Shown: positions 44,869 to 59,132, counted from the stretch's first letter. The stretch: DNA of 64,000 bases from Hormiphora californensis (GCA_020137815.1 CM035354.1:2604001-2668000); one strand, 5' to 3'. Notes: generated from the sequence alone by a model not told the origin. Numbers and translations: made by a program.

Positions 44869-45875
44869 CTCTTACTTAGTTAGGAGAGAAGAAATTATTT
44901 AGCTGCTGATTGACCGTCCTAACCGTGAAGTGAGGTGTGGCGGTGAGCAGATCGTGTACATAATATACTGCTTTGACCAAGCATGAAGGAGTAATAATCT
45001 CACACGTGGGCGGGGTAACAATTATTCAGGAACCGACCGAAACAAGTAAACAACCAATCAGGACTCGTTATTTAGGTCACGTGACTGGTTATCAGCCAAT
45101 CAGGGACCAGTATTTCCTGATTCGGTTGGTTCCTACAATTATTACATCATCGGTAAAGAAGATCGTGAAGTGTATCTTGAACGTTCTAGATTGTTCCTTC
45201 ATATATTCTCAGATATATATCTGAAACGCTCTAAAATATATCTTTCTAGAGTACCTATTCGCAGATCACTTTTTTCGTCCTACACCTGTCAAAAACAGTC
45301 ATATTTTCCAAATGGTACACATGTACACGAGAAGGTAATTAGTCTTTCTCCTAATTTAGCTCCTCCTGTGTATTATATCCACCCACGTCATGTATAATGA
45401 GCACAATATGATGTATAATTTAAGGAACCGGTCATTGCAAAAACAGCTTGGTGTAGCTCTACTTAAATGAAAATGACCAAAAATGAGCCATAGGTTTCTG
45501 GTAATATAGTTAAATGTCCAGGATTTATCATCCTGATTTTCATCCAAGTTTTCGACTTTTTAATCCAACATCCGACTTATTAGTAATCTCCTGTTCAATT
45601 CCATGTAATTATGTAAGAGATGTTTGCTCCTTATTACATCACCACCAAAAACACAGCAGGTAAAACTGCATGACTGTAACATCACGCACGCTTCGGCCCG
45701 CGGTTCGGAGAGTGCAGTCTTTTGTGAGACAAATGATCAAACTAGCTTAGCAGTCATTGTATTGTGCTGATAGTACAGTGCATTGTGGAGCTTGTGATAG
45801 AGCTCTATATTCCATAACGTGCACTTCACTTTTCACACAGTAAATTTACACACAAGGAACTTCTCTAGTATCTTT

Positions 45876-45934
<59 letters not shown>

Positions 45935-48900
45935 CTTGGAACTGATTTCTCTTCTTAGAATCACAACCGCAACTTGTGCTCGTTGTTTCACACCAATACA
46001 CAAAATGAACGAAACGAGAAATTACGGCAGAACATAAACAAAGATTCAAAGTTACACTGACTTGTTTAATTTCTGTAAAATTATATTCTTTTGTTTCAGG
46101 GTGAGAAAGTTGGAACAACAGGCAGGGAAACTCCGGAATTATTTGGACATCTTGGAGGGAGAGTTCATCATTCCCTTCTACGATATAACAACCAGCCTCG
46201 AGGTTATCAAGGTACTAGTGTAACGAATCTTGGTTGCTAAGAGACGGCACTCGTGGTTGCCAGGAATCTTGTTTTTTAGTTACTAAATTTTGTGATCTCT
46301 CCAAAAAGTTCAGTACTCCCCGTAGTTAAATGCAGTAAAATATCAATTATCATCTTGTGTGTGTTTTTGAGATTCACGGAGCGTGGAATGGGAGGTCAGA
46401 TAGTTAAAATCACACTTCAAATTGAGTTTTGCAATATTTTTTTAGCAAAAAGAGAGCTTGGGAATCAATATATTGAGAATATATAACGACTAAACAAGCA
46501 TGTCGAAAAGATGCTAAGTAGTTACATGGTGTAATTTCTAAATCACGTATGGTTAAGTGTTTCCGGACGAGTTTGCTAGTTCGTCTCGTCTGGAAAGAAG
46601 TTTGCACCCAAACGAGCAGCTGCTCGGAGAATTATAGGGGGACTATTATACCAGGAGCAGCTGCTCGTTTTTTCTTGTCTGGAAAGGCCCTTAGAGAGGT
46701 CCGAGGGAGGGAGTCAGGTGGTGAGGTACTACAAATTTAGCAGTTAGCTATTGATTAATTTTCACATTTACCAATTTTTATCAGGTCCGGTTAAAGAAAT
46801 TGGAAGAACTTGAACGCAAGTTAGACTCTGCCTTGAGTGACATTGACACACTGAAATTTGCCAGCACCAAGCTGGTGACTGAGGGAAACGAAAATGCGCT
46901 CAAGATAGTCGGTGAAGTTGAGAGTCACTGGGCACTTTTTAGACTCAAGGTACAACTACAGTCGGACCCCGATTTAGTGGCATCCTCGGGGGAAAAATTT
47001 ATGCCACTAAATCGGGGTGCCACTAAATCGGGTGCCACTAAATCGGGGTCCGACTGTCCCACTTTTAATACCACTTTTTACCACATTTTACAGCACGTCG
47101 TTTAAATGAAATCAATATATCATTCTTTCAATTGCTTTTCCCCTTACTCTGCTTGCACAATACTGTCAGGTCGTTGACTGTCCCAAAACACCCCCTACAC
47201 TGGTAATACCTGTACAGTCATTTTACACTCACTGAGAGATCAATAGAGAGAGAGAGTGTGGCACGATACTTGACACATCTGCCACTGAAAGTAGTGAGTA
47301 GTGTCATGGTATATTCATCATAGTGGTAATGGGTAGTTCATGCAGTAAGATGGTGAGTTTGGAGAGGATGATATTGAACAGGGAGATGAGTGAAGGGAGT
47401 TGTTGAGCATGATGTACCCTCCCTAACTAGACGTCCCTAACGTGAGAGAGGACAGTACAGGAGGGAGAGAAGAAAAGGGGGTTTCATACCCAAAGGGAGT
47501 TGAGGATAAGATGTAGTTTGATCATGAGGGAGTTGAGAGGAATAAGACCAAGCAGCTAGCTTGGTTGAGAGTGAATAAGACCTAGCTTGAATGAAGACTA
47601 TGATGAGGTTGAGTCTGTGTAGCATGCACGCATGCAAAGACATCTTCTGATTACTAGGACGAGAGAAAGAGAGAGAGGTGGGGCCTGCTGTATTTTGTGT
47701 ACGATTAAAGACAGGTCATATGTGCTCACAAAGGGGAAGGAGAGAGATGAGAGAGAGAGAGAGAGAGAAAGAGAGCAAGAGAGATGAGAGAGAAGAGAGA
47801 GAATTAGTGCATGAGGTTCTACAGCTGATGAAGAAATAATAGTTCAACTTGGTGTATAGCAGGGTCCAACTGTCCCCTTCTAATTTACCTAATTAGGGGT
47901 TTCTTTTGACCCATTACCCCCTTGTTAACGAGGCCCATCCCCCCTCTCTCTCTCTCTCTCCCCCCTCTCTCTCTCTCTCTCCCCTCTCTTCCTCTCTCCC
48001 CCTTTCTCTCTCTCTCCCCCTCTCTCTCTCTCTCCTTTCACCATATCTTTCCCCCTCCCTCTCTCTCTCCATTCACCATATCTTTCCCGCTCTCTACAGT
48101 CACCACCTGCCATTGTTTACACGCACAGCTGTATAGTTTGTGCTTTTTGAACAAGGGAAAGAGAGGGAGGGAGGGGTGGAAAGAGAGGGAGGGAGGGGTG
48201 GAAAAAGGGAGGGGGTGGATGGAAAGACCTAAAAGTAACAGAATGTTCAGCATAAAGACAGCACATCATATGACCCGACACACATTATTTTATAGGACGT
48301 GTGTGTACTGGGTGTGTTGACACCTACTTCTACAGGCGACACCTACCTATTATAACTAGGCGTCGAATAAGCTCGACACTTGCCCTCACAGAGAAATATA
48401 ATGCGGTGTGAGCTATAACACAAGGGGCGACACCTAAGTAACTACAAGGTGGCCCATAAATTATGAGGCCGGGGGACGAGCTGTACCTCCGAAACGGTGA
48501 TAGTTGTGCAAAAACAAACTACGGGAACATGCTGGAACAATTCCTTGGTAACTTTTTGCAAATTTTGAGTTTTTTATTCAAAAGTTCATTTTTCATTCAT
48601 GAACTACTTACACGTTCATTAATGAATTAAGGACTCTAATTTACCGAGAGTGAGCCATTTTGTTTGGGTTGAATTTATCTTTCCAATGAGCACCATGAAA
48701 ATCAAATTGAAGCACCAGGTCACATGGCAGTTGAGAAAATGCACATGCATGATTTTGGCTCTTCCTGCGACTTTCAATCAGCTGTATCACGGCTACCTTT
48801 TGTTCAATCTTTTTAAAAATTTGGGTGAACATTGGATAAGCAAAGATCTTTGCTCACAAGAAAAATCAAGGTCAAAACTGAAAGTTCATTTTTGAGTGTT

Positions 48901-51425
48901 GGTAGTTCATTCCACTCATTCAGGAACCAACATCCCTAAAGTGATGAAAAGTGATTGGTTTTGTTTGGCCCATACCCTGCAATGATAGGGAGGTGTAAAA
49001 ACACGTTTCCGGGCTAGTTAGTGGGTGTCCATGTGATCATGATGATATCTGACACCTCTTCTGAGCCATAATCAAGGGATTTTCTCGAATTCAAGCATGT
49101 GATTTGGGTTATCTGTGATTGGTATCGTGCAGCAATGTTGAGAGATCTCATAACACCTCGAAAATTATGATTAGCTCAATAAAATGGGGTTTATTTTGGG
49201 GAAAGGATTTAAACAGGTTGTTTTAAACTTTCATCAAAATCAACCCTTTTATTGAGCAATATAATTTTTGAGGTTTCTATGAATTCTCAACATTGCTGCA
49301 CGATACCCAAACACAGATAACCCAAAAACACTGCTGAAAAAGAGAAAAAACCCTTGTTATGGCTCAGAAGAGGGGTCGATTCATATGTCAAGGACACCCC
49401 TAACTAGCCCGGGGGGAAAAGGTTTTTTTAAACCCCCCTTCATTGCAGGGTTGGGCCCCAAAAAAAAAACCAATATTTTTTCTTTCATTTTTAGGATGTT
49501 GGTTTCCCCGAATAGGGGGAAGAACTACCAACACTCAAAATAAAACTTTCATTTTTGACCTTGTTTTTTCTTGTGAGCAAAGATTTTGTTTATCCAATTT
49601 TTTTACCCAAATTTTTTAAAAAAGATGAAAAAAAGGTAGCCGTATACGCTGTTTGAAAGTCGCGGGGAAACCCAAAAATCAGCATTCATTTTCTCAACTG
49701 CCATGGCCCGGGGGCTTCAATTGATTTTCAGGTTCTCATTGGAAAGAAAATTTTAAAACCCCAAAAAAAAAGGGGCCCCAATCTGGGTAAATTAGAGTCC
49801 TTAATTCTTAAGAACAAAAGTAGTTCATGAAAAAAAAAATAAACTTTTGAATAAAAAAATCAAAATTTGCAAAAGTTACCAGGAAATTTTTACCACATTT
49901 TCCGTAGTTTGTTTTTGCAAAAACTATCCCGTTTCGGAGGTAAGCCGCCCCCCGGCCCTCAAAATTTTTATGGGCCCCCTTTGTATAATGGTGAAGTAGT
50001 GGGTCCTTTATGTCCTGTTATATATAATCGGGAAGATATTCTTGGGGACCTAAAAATACCTTGCATTAAAATAAGGGGGACTTCGAAACCAAGAGCTTTT
50101 TAACAGAAAAAGGCGACGCCCTACCGGGGGGGGGAAATCCCCCAAGCCACCATAGTTCCAGGATATCGGTGGGGGGTCAGATTGGGTTTCCATTTGTCCT
50201 TATTTGGTTAGGGAGTGGGGAAAAAAACAGTGTTTTTTTTTACTAAACCTACTGTCTACCCTTCCTCTCTTTTTTAGCCTGGGAGTTTTATTCTCTCACA
50301 CACAACCCTTATCCCCCCCCAATCCTATTTTTTCTCTCTCTCCCCTTCCTCGGGGGTTCTCTCTTCTTTTCTTTTTTCTTTCGTTCTTCGCCTTCCTCTT
50401 CCCTCTCTCTCCCTTTACCCCCCTTTCCCCCCCCTTTCTATTTCTCTCTCTTCGTCTTTTCCCTCTTGTTTTCTTCCTTCTTCTTCCTCGGAAAGTGGGT
50501 CTATTTTGGAGAAAAGCTATTATCCTACGCAGCATGATGTGTGCGCCTGTTCTAAATCTGAGCGAACTAAGAAACACTTTAACTCTCCTTTTTTACATTG
50601 AGAGTGTGAGTTAAAATGTTACAGATCTGCAGTACAATGGATGAACTAGAAGATGTGACGTCATTCGTGATGTGACGTCATGACAAAAAGTAATTAGTTG
50701 GATGCAGGTTTTATAGGTACGTAGGGGGGGGAAAATTTTTAAGGGGGGCCGGGGGGTTTGAAAAGGTGCCTTGCACCCTCCTTCCCAGCAAACCGACCGA
50801 ACGGAAAACTGGTCCCTGTTGGGATAACCCTCACGTGACCTAAAATTTAAGTTTGGGGTTGGGGTTGTTTTACTAGTTTCGGGGGCGGTTCCCCTTAATG
50901 GGGTGGGGAGTTTTAGGGGGGTTTTTATAGTGGCTCACACCGCCCTGATGTGAGGGTTCAGTAGATCACACCGCCCTAATGTGAGGGTTTAGATCACACC
51001 GCCCTGGGAGTTGTTCAGTAGATCACACCGCCCTGATGTGAGGGTTCAGTAGATCACACCGCCCTAATGTGAGGTTTCAGTAGATCACACCGCCCTGTGG
51101 GGGTTGTAGCTACAAAACCCCCCTGATGTGAGGGTTTTATGAACACCGCCCTGATGGAGGGGGTTTAGTAATAAACAAAGGCCCCCTGAGGGAGTTTTTT
51201 TCCCCCCCGGGGCCGCCACCCCCTTTTTAGGGTTAGTAGATCTATCAAGTGCGGAGGGGATCAACGTTGTGAGATAGGTATGGTGACAGATAGCCATAGG
51301 GATGGAGTCCTAGATATAGATACATTTTCACCAATTATTACAACTCGCAAGCATCGGTTCACACTCCCTCAGTCCTCCTCCTCTCTTTCACACTACTTTG
51401 TACTTCCATGCTAATGTTCTCTCTC

Positions 51426-51514
<89 letters not shown>

Positions 51515-52499
51515 CTCTCTTTCTCTCTCACACACTATCCCTCACAATTATCGAAAACTCTCTCCTCAGAAACAGCAGTGTGAGCAGTACCTGTTATTTA
51601 CCGTACACCTCTACACGCAAATACGAGACGTCGACACGAACATTCGGACTCTAAGGCAGCTTATTAAGCAGCATAAGGTACACTTTCTCATTATTGGGAG
51701 TCATGTCCTAATAATAAAGTCGAATTTTTTAATCAAGGGACAGGGGGCCGCGCATTCAGAGGGGTCGCACGGCTTTGTATTTGGGCGTGATAATCGAAAT
51801 CAAGTTCCTGGCAATCTTAAGACTTAAACCCAGAAGCGTTGGAAAGATAATTTTAAGACCTTTTCAACGCAACCAAGACCAAGTCTTTATCTTATCAGGA
51901 ACAGGAGATATGAGCGAAAACGTTTAGCATGCGCAAATCGACTTTTGTAAATGCGCGGCCCCTGTCCCTTGATTAAAAAATTCGACTATACGTGATATAT
52001 ATATGACCGATGTGTCCTAATTTAGGACATATATCGGTCATATATCATCACGCATATATTATATCTGGGCATCGGTTATTAATTCAGTGGAGATAAAAAT
52101 ATGTTGTGAATGGATCACTAACTTGCGTTTGGTTTTTCTGAATGTGATCTTCCGGTGGTTGAAGTCCAAACATGATTTATTTGTGCTCGTCAATACATGT
52201 GAACTCTAAATATATTCATGTTGTCCCTTATCAGTATTATTTGAGAGGGGCGGAACACTGGTAGCAATTACCAGTTGCCATGGTTACTCAGCAGCAGGGG
52301 CCCTCAAATGTAAACACCCCCCCCCCTTCAGGCGAAGGCATCCTCAGCGACGTATGCCGAGTTTCAAACCCTCAAAAGTGGTGTTCTGCAACAAAGTGCA
52401 GAGATAGTCCGACAGAGTGAGGCGATGCTGGAGCTGATAGGGCTGATGCGGGAAACTTGTCGGAGTGGATCCCTTGATAAACCTCGAAAACACGTCCTG
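37236..52499 (+). CDS. Trio/Kalirin-like spectrin-repeat protein, internal exons only: 37236-37375, 38589-38760, 43687-43785, 44024-44211, 46100-46211, 46785-46949, 51570-51677, 52332-52499
   Basis: Eight GT-AG exons join in frame. DIGKSHFEAALLLKDHEQLEAGALKTYATASQLLKTAEQLVKVGNVDREKV..LTYSVTFHQKLEQV parallels Trio GVGKSLHRARALQKRHEDFEEVAQNTYTNADKLLEAAEQLAQTGECDPEEI..LDMSVSFH. Start and end were not found. Confidence 0.75.
37419..37506 (-). mobile_element. Truncated family A MITE within a GGTAACTGAGA repeat
   Basis: Partial match to the family. Confidence 0.8.
37574..38488. mobile_element. 915-bp TA-flanked non-autonomous element with ~170-bp TIRs (Tc1/mariner-like)
   Basis: CTAGGCTGTCCAGTATTGATTGTCGTTGGGCTTTTATG... 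is inverted at the right end; TA flanks. Confidence 0.85.
41790..42896 (+). CDS. Intronless class A (rhodopsin-like) GPCR nested in an intron of the spectrin-repeat gene; start uncertain (41790, 41805 or 41856)
   Basis: Seven hydrophobic segments, N-glycosylation sites NLT/NST, TM2 Asp, Cys at the top of TM3 and in ECL2, LSVTRT at the DRY position, FNVPF in TM6, NSMSNAIVWIY in TM7. Confidence 0.88.
   Translation: MCASEMYSYFLHNLTSHPIKHGMTFHLNSTFPAEVIPGEIILSALSITSICIGLPAALLQLSYLVVARNERSCFANRLYLAICTVDVSILICFIPVTASYIYKREPTLFTDWFCPFYGIVWFTLSRLSIVLIAILSVTRTFSLVRPFAGSPSLNFISVFISLASILLVVQFSVPFWHGGSYMYNEETVTCYPVDGPTVKISNAYQILILLEIVIPFFAILSSCIVSVVSLRSIHLKTSLAVGARKNGRASVTILLMTAVYLVFNVPFVMFVTGMIVKWFLHQSPKLDGYLFLFYAPKIGNFNFRHLLNFCETVSVALNSMSNAIVWIYRSTAMRGWLKGLGLLTEELKGSRPRTLRTGPYPVQYKVNT
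44222..44375. repeat. 18-bp tandem repeat (GGTTGTCATGGTTACAAT)
   Basis: Seen directly, just after a splice donor. Confidence 0.9.
45027..45135 (+). mobile_element. 109-bp hAT-type MITE (family A)
   Basis: TSD CAATTATT. Confidence 0.92.
46959..47056. mobile_element. Short family B MITE
   Basis: Both TIRs present. Confidence 0.85.
48445..49983. mobile_element. ~1.54-kb TA-flanked foldback element with ~740-bp arms; right arm degraded
   Basis: CAAGGTGGCCCATAAATTATGAGG.. is mirrored at 49955-49983; the arms are colinear throughout. Confidence 0.8.
50935..51170. repeat. ~31-bp tandem repeat (GATCACACCGCCCTGATGTGAGGGTTCAGTA)
   Basis: About 7 units, degrading at the end. Confidence 0.85.
51717..51988. 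mobile_element. TA-flanked MITE (family C relative)
   Basis: TIR AGTCGAATTTTTTAATCAAGGGACAGGGG.CCGCGCATT. Confidence 0.82.
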
Positions 52500-54558
52500 G
52501 TATGTGATATTCACAGTTAATAGAGCGGTAACGGTATACCAACAAAGAAATGATAAAAGAGCGGCGGTTCAGCGGTGTTATCAGTAGCTGTAGTGCCAAC
52601 TTGCAGTAACGCGCGACGCCAAAACACGAGGGTGGTTTACGCGAGTGCGCGCGTCTCGCGTGGTTTCAGTTGCGCGGGATTCTCTCTCCGTCACAGCTGA
52701 GGGAACTGGGGCCCTCTCTCAGACTTTGGACACTTAGTGTGACGTTAATGCTATCTCTCCATCCTTCTCTACCACGGCCTGTGGTACAACTTATCTAATG
52801 CGTTCTTCGGGGGAGTAATTCGTTAAAGCAGTAGTAGCGGGCTGGACCGTAGCCACGCAGTCACCACTTGTGACTCCTTGTTCTCAATCTGGTAGTGGTG
52901 GCAAGTGCAGCTGTTATAGTATCAGTATCTCTACGCAGTCACCACTTGTGACTCCTTGTTCTCAATCTGGTGACAGGTGCTGCAGTATCTCTACCAGTAG
53001 TAGTAGTATCTCTACCACCAGGTGTTAGCAGTATATAGTGAACTGATCTCCAACTACTTTTGTAGTTTTGCATATTCCCTCTAGTAATGATTCTCGGAAG
53101 GATTCGTTTCCTCGTCTCAGTGTGATGACGTCACCAGAAAAGAGAGAAAAAGAACATAGCGACATCTCCTGTAGTAGTCATTTTGCCACCACGTTACGTT
53201 TCCTTTCCTCAGTTACTACACATTGTCTCCTAATTGCGTTTGATCTCTATTTTGTATATATCGATCCATCCTTCCTTCTCCCACACCCACACACTCTCTA
53301 GTCTCTCACATGTCGAGTACATGGATCTATAATTCCACTTAGAAGACGTCTCCCACCGAGAGTGCTCAACTGGTTACCCAAGAGCGAAAAACTTTGTGGA
53401 CCTATAATTCCCAGCTCCACCTCTACAGCTGCTCTGTACCCGGCTGTATACCTCTGCTCTGTACCTGGGTGGGTCTATTGGAAACATTACAACCCCCTCT
53501 TAGCGGAATGGGGGCCCGATCGCGTGCATGGAACTTGTTTTATTCATAATATATTGCAACTCCTTCTCTTGTGTGAGAGGGCCAACTTCTCCCTGCTATT
53601 GAATGAATTATTTGCCCTCGTACGCGCTTTTGAGCTTACTCCACCCCTCACTCTATCCCTGTCTCCCTCACTGTGCCTCTTTCTCCCTCACTGTGCCTCT
53701 TTCTCTCACTTCCCGATAGATTTGATGACTTATACTACTAGGTAGCTATATTATGTAGGTTGGAATAGCTGTGATTTTCTAGTATACTCTTCCTCTTCCT
53801 CAGAGCATTGTCCTGTCAGCTCAGGTCTTCCGGTGTCCCTCCTCTCGTTCATTCCATCTATATCTATATTGTCCTTTACATAGCGATCCGTGATAACATG
53901 TATGACATGTAAAAGAGCAACTATCCTATTCCTACCCCACTTCACGGCTCCGTATATAATTTTTAGCTTTCTCGCTCTCTATTCATGCATGCCTACAATT
54001 TTCCGGTCATTACTGACGTAAATCCGATTCAATACTATATATGTATTGGCTTTCAACACTTTTGAAAATGCATGTCTGTTAAAACACATGTATCCGATAC
54101 TTCAATATATTTCTTATTTTGAGCTATAGTATACCGTGGGAATATAGTTCGACCTTGTGATAAGGAAGCAACACTTGTAAAGCTACAACCACCCAGCTTG
54201 GTTATATTGGGCCCGGCCGGTATATATATCGCAGAATGTAGTACAGCCTTTGCCACACAACATATGTTGCCCTCCCATGAAATTCCACAGAGATTGCCCC
54301 ACATTATTGTAATTCCTGCAGCGTAACCATGGTTACCAATAATTCCTGGTATTACTATGGTAACTATATATTTAGAGCAGACTGTGTATCATGTGTGTTG
54401 CTGATGCAGTAGTGGGAGACTATAACAGCTATATTGCTTGTTTCCGGGTAAAATAGTGCACTCTCTCTCTCACATGTTCACTCCCTTTCTCGTCGGTATC
54501 CCTTGAGTCACACGGCTTAGCAAACGTGAACCCTATGTCAGTCTTTCTCAACTATTCT

Positions 54559-54643
<85 letters not shown>

Positions 54644-57293
54644 CTCTCAATTCTCCTGGTTGAGGGCCGGCCCTCATAGTGGTCCCCCACAACTGTTACC
54701 CCTTCCTGAATGAAGCTCACAGTTATTTTCTCCTCTGTGCACTCTTTGCGTTTGCCTGTTTCATTATTTCTATCAAATTCAAACCTATACTGCTTGTGCC
54801 CATTTTTGGGAAAGAAAAGAAACGGTTCAGAGCGTTTTAAACTTAAGGTTTAGCATCTTCTATCAGGCCAATGCTCTGACCACAGTTCTCGCGTGCTCCG
54901 TGTGCGGGAAAGATTTTGAAAGAAATGAGAATAGGGTCAGGCCAATGCTGGCCGCCAACCCCCTGAGAAATGAGAATAGGGTCAGGCTAATGCTCTGACA
55001 GAGAAGTGTACCCTACGGATGTGACACATGCCAACATGTGTGTGTCAACAATTGGCTCTGGTCCTGCTAGCATTTGTACATGTGTTTCCTTCTTTTCTTG
55101 CTCCATTGAATTCATACCTCGTGGAGCAGCGAGGGGCCCTAGCAGCGCTGTAACGTCGTGGCGTCCTTGCGAATCACCCCCCTTGCGAATGGCGAGGATC
55201 GCGATCATACAATGCGCCCAACAGTTCTCTATATTCTATATTATGGTTTACTGATATTTCAATAAGCCTCTCTATCACTAGTATTTCAATAGGCCTCTCT
55301 ATCACTAGTATTTCAATAGGTCTCTATTTTATATGGTTTACTAATATACTGTATATTCTCTCTCTATTCTATTTACTAATTCTTCAGACTGTTATAGACA
55401 AGTTCCCCCCACCCCCAAAAAAGGGTGCGATACGGTGTAGGGAGCTCGGTACAAAAGTTGAACGGATGCCGAATATGAGGGGAAGTTTGAAATTGTTCAT
55501 ATGACCCACTGTCGACAGGGCGAGTTGAGTTTAGAACGGTTATCGCGTTATAAAAATATCATTCACCGTCAGTAAGTTTTATTGATGATCTAATGTGTGT
55601 TGCAAAGTATTCACATATTACTAGGGACAATATTATATATGTAGCTTGTGTTGGACTTCAGCAATACTTACATCACTCAACTAAATGTAGCGGGCGGGGG
55701 GGTTTCGGTTTAGTCCCCTTTAGACGAGGTAAAGAATTTAATTTACGGGGAAATTTTCTTTGGGAAATCATGTTGAAACCCTTTTACTTTTGAAACTTTT
55801 AGAAAAATTTTAGAACATATTTTTACTAACTTTAGTAGGGGGTTCAATGAACATATTTAGGCACACCCCCAAAAAAAAAAAGCCCAAAAGTGTGCCAGAT
55901 AGTGTTTAAAAATCCCCCAGTGAATTTTTTTCCGTTGAAAATGAATAAACCCTGTCCCATAGCAAACCCCCCCCGGGAACCATGGCATCTCTTCACCACA
56001 ATTTTTTAATTACCCCTAATTCGTTGGTATTTTAACCCCTGCAATTCCTGAATATTTTTTTTTTGAGCGGCCCGTTTTTGCGTGTTAATGCCCGCACACA
56101 GCACCATTATATAATACGATAACGGACCGCGGGGCTACGCTGCAGTCCTTTAGGAATTTCCCAGCTAATAATTTGCATTTCCAAATTCCCCTAATTTTTT
56201 GTAATATTCCGATAAACCCCCGGAGTTAATTAGATGCCCCCAGTATGCTGCCCCCCCCCGCTTGACCGGGTAAACCTTGAAAAAAAAGTGGCCGGGGAAC
56301 CCTTGGAACCAAATTTCTGGGGCCCAGGTATTTTGAAAAAAGTCTTTTTCGCCCAAAAAAAAGGGGAAATTTTAGGCACCATTTATTTTGAGTCACCACC
56401 ACTTTTATTTTTTATCCATAATTTTTCCCAACAGATTTAATTGAGGTTGTAAGTTTGATCCCCTATAAGTAGAGGTCAAAAAAGAGAATCTTATTTAAAA
56501 AAGTAGAGGGTAAAAAGAAAAAGGTGGGGGCCCTCGGCCCCCTCCCTTGTAGAAAAGGGACCACTTAAGGGCGATTTTAAAACCAAACACGAACAAATCC
56601 TCCTGGCTAAGAAGTTTTTTCTCAAGTGTAAGAAAATTAGTGCACATCATTTTTTATGAGCGATAAAATTTTTAACTTGTTTTTCAAACATTCGGAAATT
56701 TTTTCCCCAGGTTTACCAGGCAAATGATAGTAACCGTGTTTAGGGAAAACAAATAAATTCTTTCCCCAACAGTACCACACTCGGTTCAAAGAGTCCCAGG
56801 ATTCTCTGACAATTGACCAGTTTCCCGAGATTTTGGGGGGAACAGTACAAGTCATCCCGTGCCGGGTGAGTCAGCAGTTAGCTAGGGAGTCATGGGTTAC
56901 CAAAAGGTTACCAAGCTGATCTACCTTCCCCCCCCCCCTTTTCCAAAGACGTTTTTTTGTGTTTGAACCACTCTAGCCAGCCATCCCTTCCCAAAATTTT
57001 TGCCCAACCCTCTCGGCTGGGTGTATGAATGTTCCCCGTTATGGCTCTCCCCCGATTATGGCGAAAAACGAGCGCGTACATGAGAGTTATTGAGTAACAA
57101 CGACATTAGAGAGAGATACATTAGGGTATAATTGTCCATTGTGCGATGCTGTTATAAGCTGCCCCTACACAGCTTGTGAGGGTTGTAGCGCAGCTTGTAA
57201 AATAGAAATATATTTTTGAAAATTGGAATGTGCGTGATATGGGGGGCCGATCTCAGCAACAGAAACTTGGTCTTTATACTGACTCGATATATG

Positions 57294-57402
57294 TAGGAAC
57301 CGACCGAATCAGGAAATACTGGTCCCTGATTGGCTGATAACTAGTCACGTGACCTAAATAACGAGATCTGATTGGTTGTTTACTTGTTTCGGTCGGTTCC
57401 AT
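57294..57402 (-). mobile_element. Family A MITE
   Basis: Full-length match; no clear TSD. Confidence 0.85.
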
Positions 57403-57810
57403 CTTAGAAGCAATACAACAGTTTCCAATCCATGCTGGTCCATACGAGTTGTTTTAATTACCGTGCTACTTGGAGGTCTGATCACGACCCAATTAATTAA
57501 CTAGCTCTCTCTCTAGTTCTCTTAGAGCTCATTAATCACTGATCCTAGTTCTCTCGCTAGACCTGAATTGCTGCTTCTACTCACGCCCCTTCTAGATCCA
57601 TCTAGATTCGTTCTCAGTATGTTTTTATTTCTCTATTAAGCCAAAAACTAATTGAAATTAGTTGGCGGGAAAGGTGACCCACTTACACCTTTTGCTACTG
57701 CCGGGTATCACCACGAACTCTCATGCTATGCCTCGGTATCTCATTCTCAATCTCTCATTTTTCGAGGGTAACTTAAATTCCTGTTCGTTCTATCCCTCTC
57801 TCTCCCTTTC

Positions 57811-57884
<74 letters not shown>

Positions 57885-57919
57885 TCTCTTTCACTGTCTT
57901 ATTCCATTATATTCACCAT

Positions 57920-58965
57920 TTATATCCCTGATCCCGGCAGCAGGCAAAGGTGTAAGTGGGTCACCTTTCCCGCCAACTAATTTCAATTAGTTTTTGGCTT
58001 AATTTAGGTCCCTTTTTGGTTTCTAATCGCAGCATGACATTATTTCATGATGTAATATTGTCGAAATGATGCGTTATATGAGAAACGAGACGAATTTATG
58101 TGAAAATCGTATTTTAGACGTCATAATGACGTCATTTGACGTAATTAGTGACGTCGTAACGTCGTAATTGCATCACGATATATTTTTAATCAATACCCCA
58201 AAGGAGCTTGTAAAGTTTCATTGGCCACAGTGGTCAGGAAAAGGAGTTTTTGCTCGAAAAACATTCAATTTGCTAAATTTTTCGTCAAATTTTTGACTTC
58301 CGACGCAATTTAAGGGCTCAAAATGATAAGCTACGAAAATTCGCAATATGGTATCTGAAAGTTCAGACGATTTGCCGGTAACGATTTTTCGTCAAATCAG
58401 AAATCGGAACACGTCTTCAGGGTGCTAGAGGCGTTTGAAAAAAGTTAGTCGGTCTCGCGCAATGACGTCACTCGTGACGTCATTGCGCGCGTCATAGGTA
58501 AGATGGAGAGTCGCCACCCAGATGGGTACATGCACGAGACAATTGTCTGTCGAATGCCGCTTGGTTTAAGGTCGTACGATGTCTGGTTCGTCTCAAACTG
58601 GGACCAAACGGAAGGTAACAAAGCGTCTATACATCTATGTATATATGTATATATCAACCTAGTTATCCCCACACTGAATTTTCTGTTTTGGGGGTGGTGT
58701 TATAACTTTTGAACAAAAAGAGCTAGCCACTTGAAATTTTTACCATCGATAGAGGTCTACAAGAAGCTTATAAGTACAAAATTTCAGCTTCCTAGCTCTT
58801 CCGGTTCGGGAGTTATGGCATGTCAAAAAGTGCCAAAATGGGCTAAAAGTATGAAATAACTATATATACGCTGTGAGCAAGCGGGCCGTTTTTGGGGGAA
58901 ATTTTTTTTCGGGGGATGGATGGGGTCACCTTTGCGCTTGCCAGCGCAGTGATCACTCTACTTGT
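57920..58965 (+). mobile_element. Helentron/HINE-like non-autonomous rolling-circle element, with an inverted copy of its 5' end at 57636-57706
   Basis: 3' GC hairpin TGCGCT-TGCC-AGCGCA ~15 bp from the end, repeated GGGTCACCTTT near both ends, AAATTTCAGCTTCCTAGCTC core palindrome, no TSD. Confidence 0.5.
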
Positions 58966-58966
58966 A

Positions 58967-59132
58967 CAGTCGGGCCCCGATTTACCGGGATGCTCGAGGG
59001 AAAGGATTTTTCCCGGTAAATCGGGGTGACCACTGACCGGTATATCGGGGTCAAATACTGTTAATTTCCTATATATCGGGGGAAGATTATCCTTCCGGTA
59101 AGTCGGGGTTCCGGTAAATCGGGGTCCGACTG
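58967..59132. mobile_element. Family B MITE variant
   Basis: CAGTCGG.CCCCGATTTACC TIRs with TA TSD. Confidence 0.88.
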
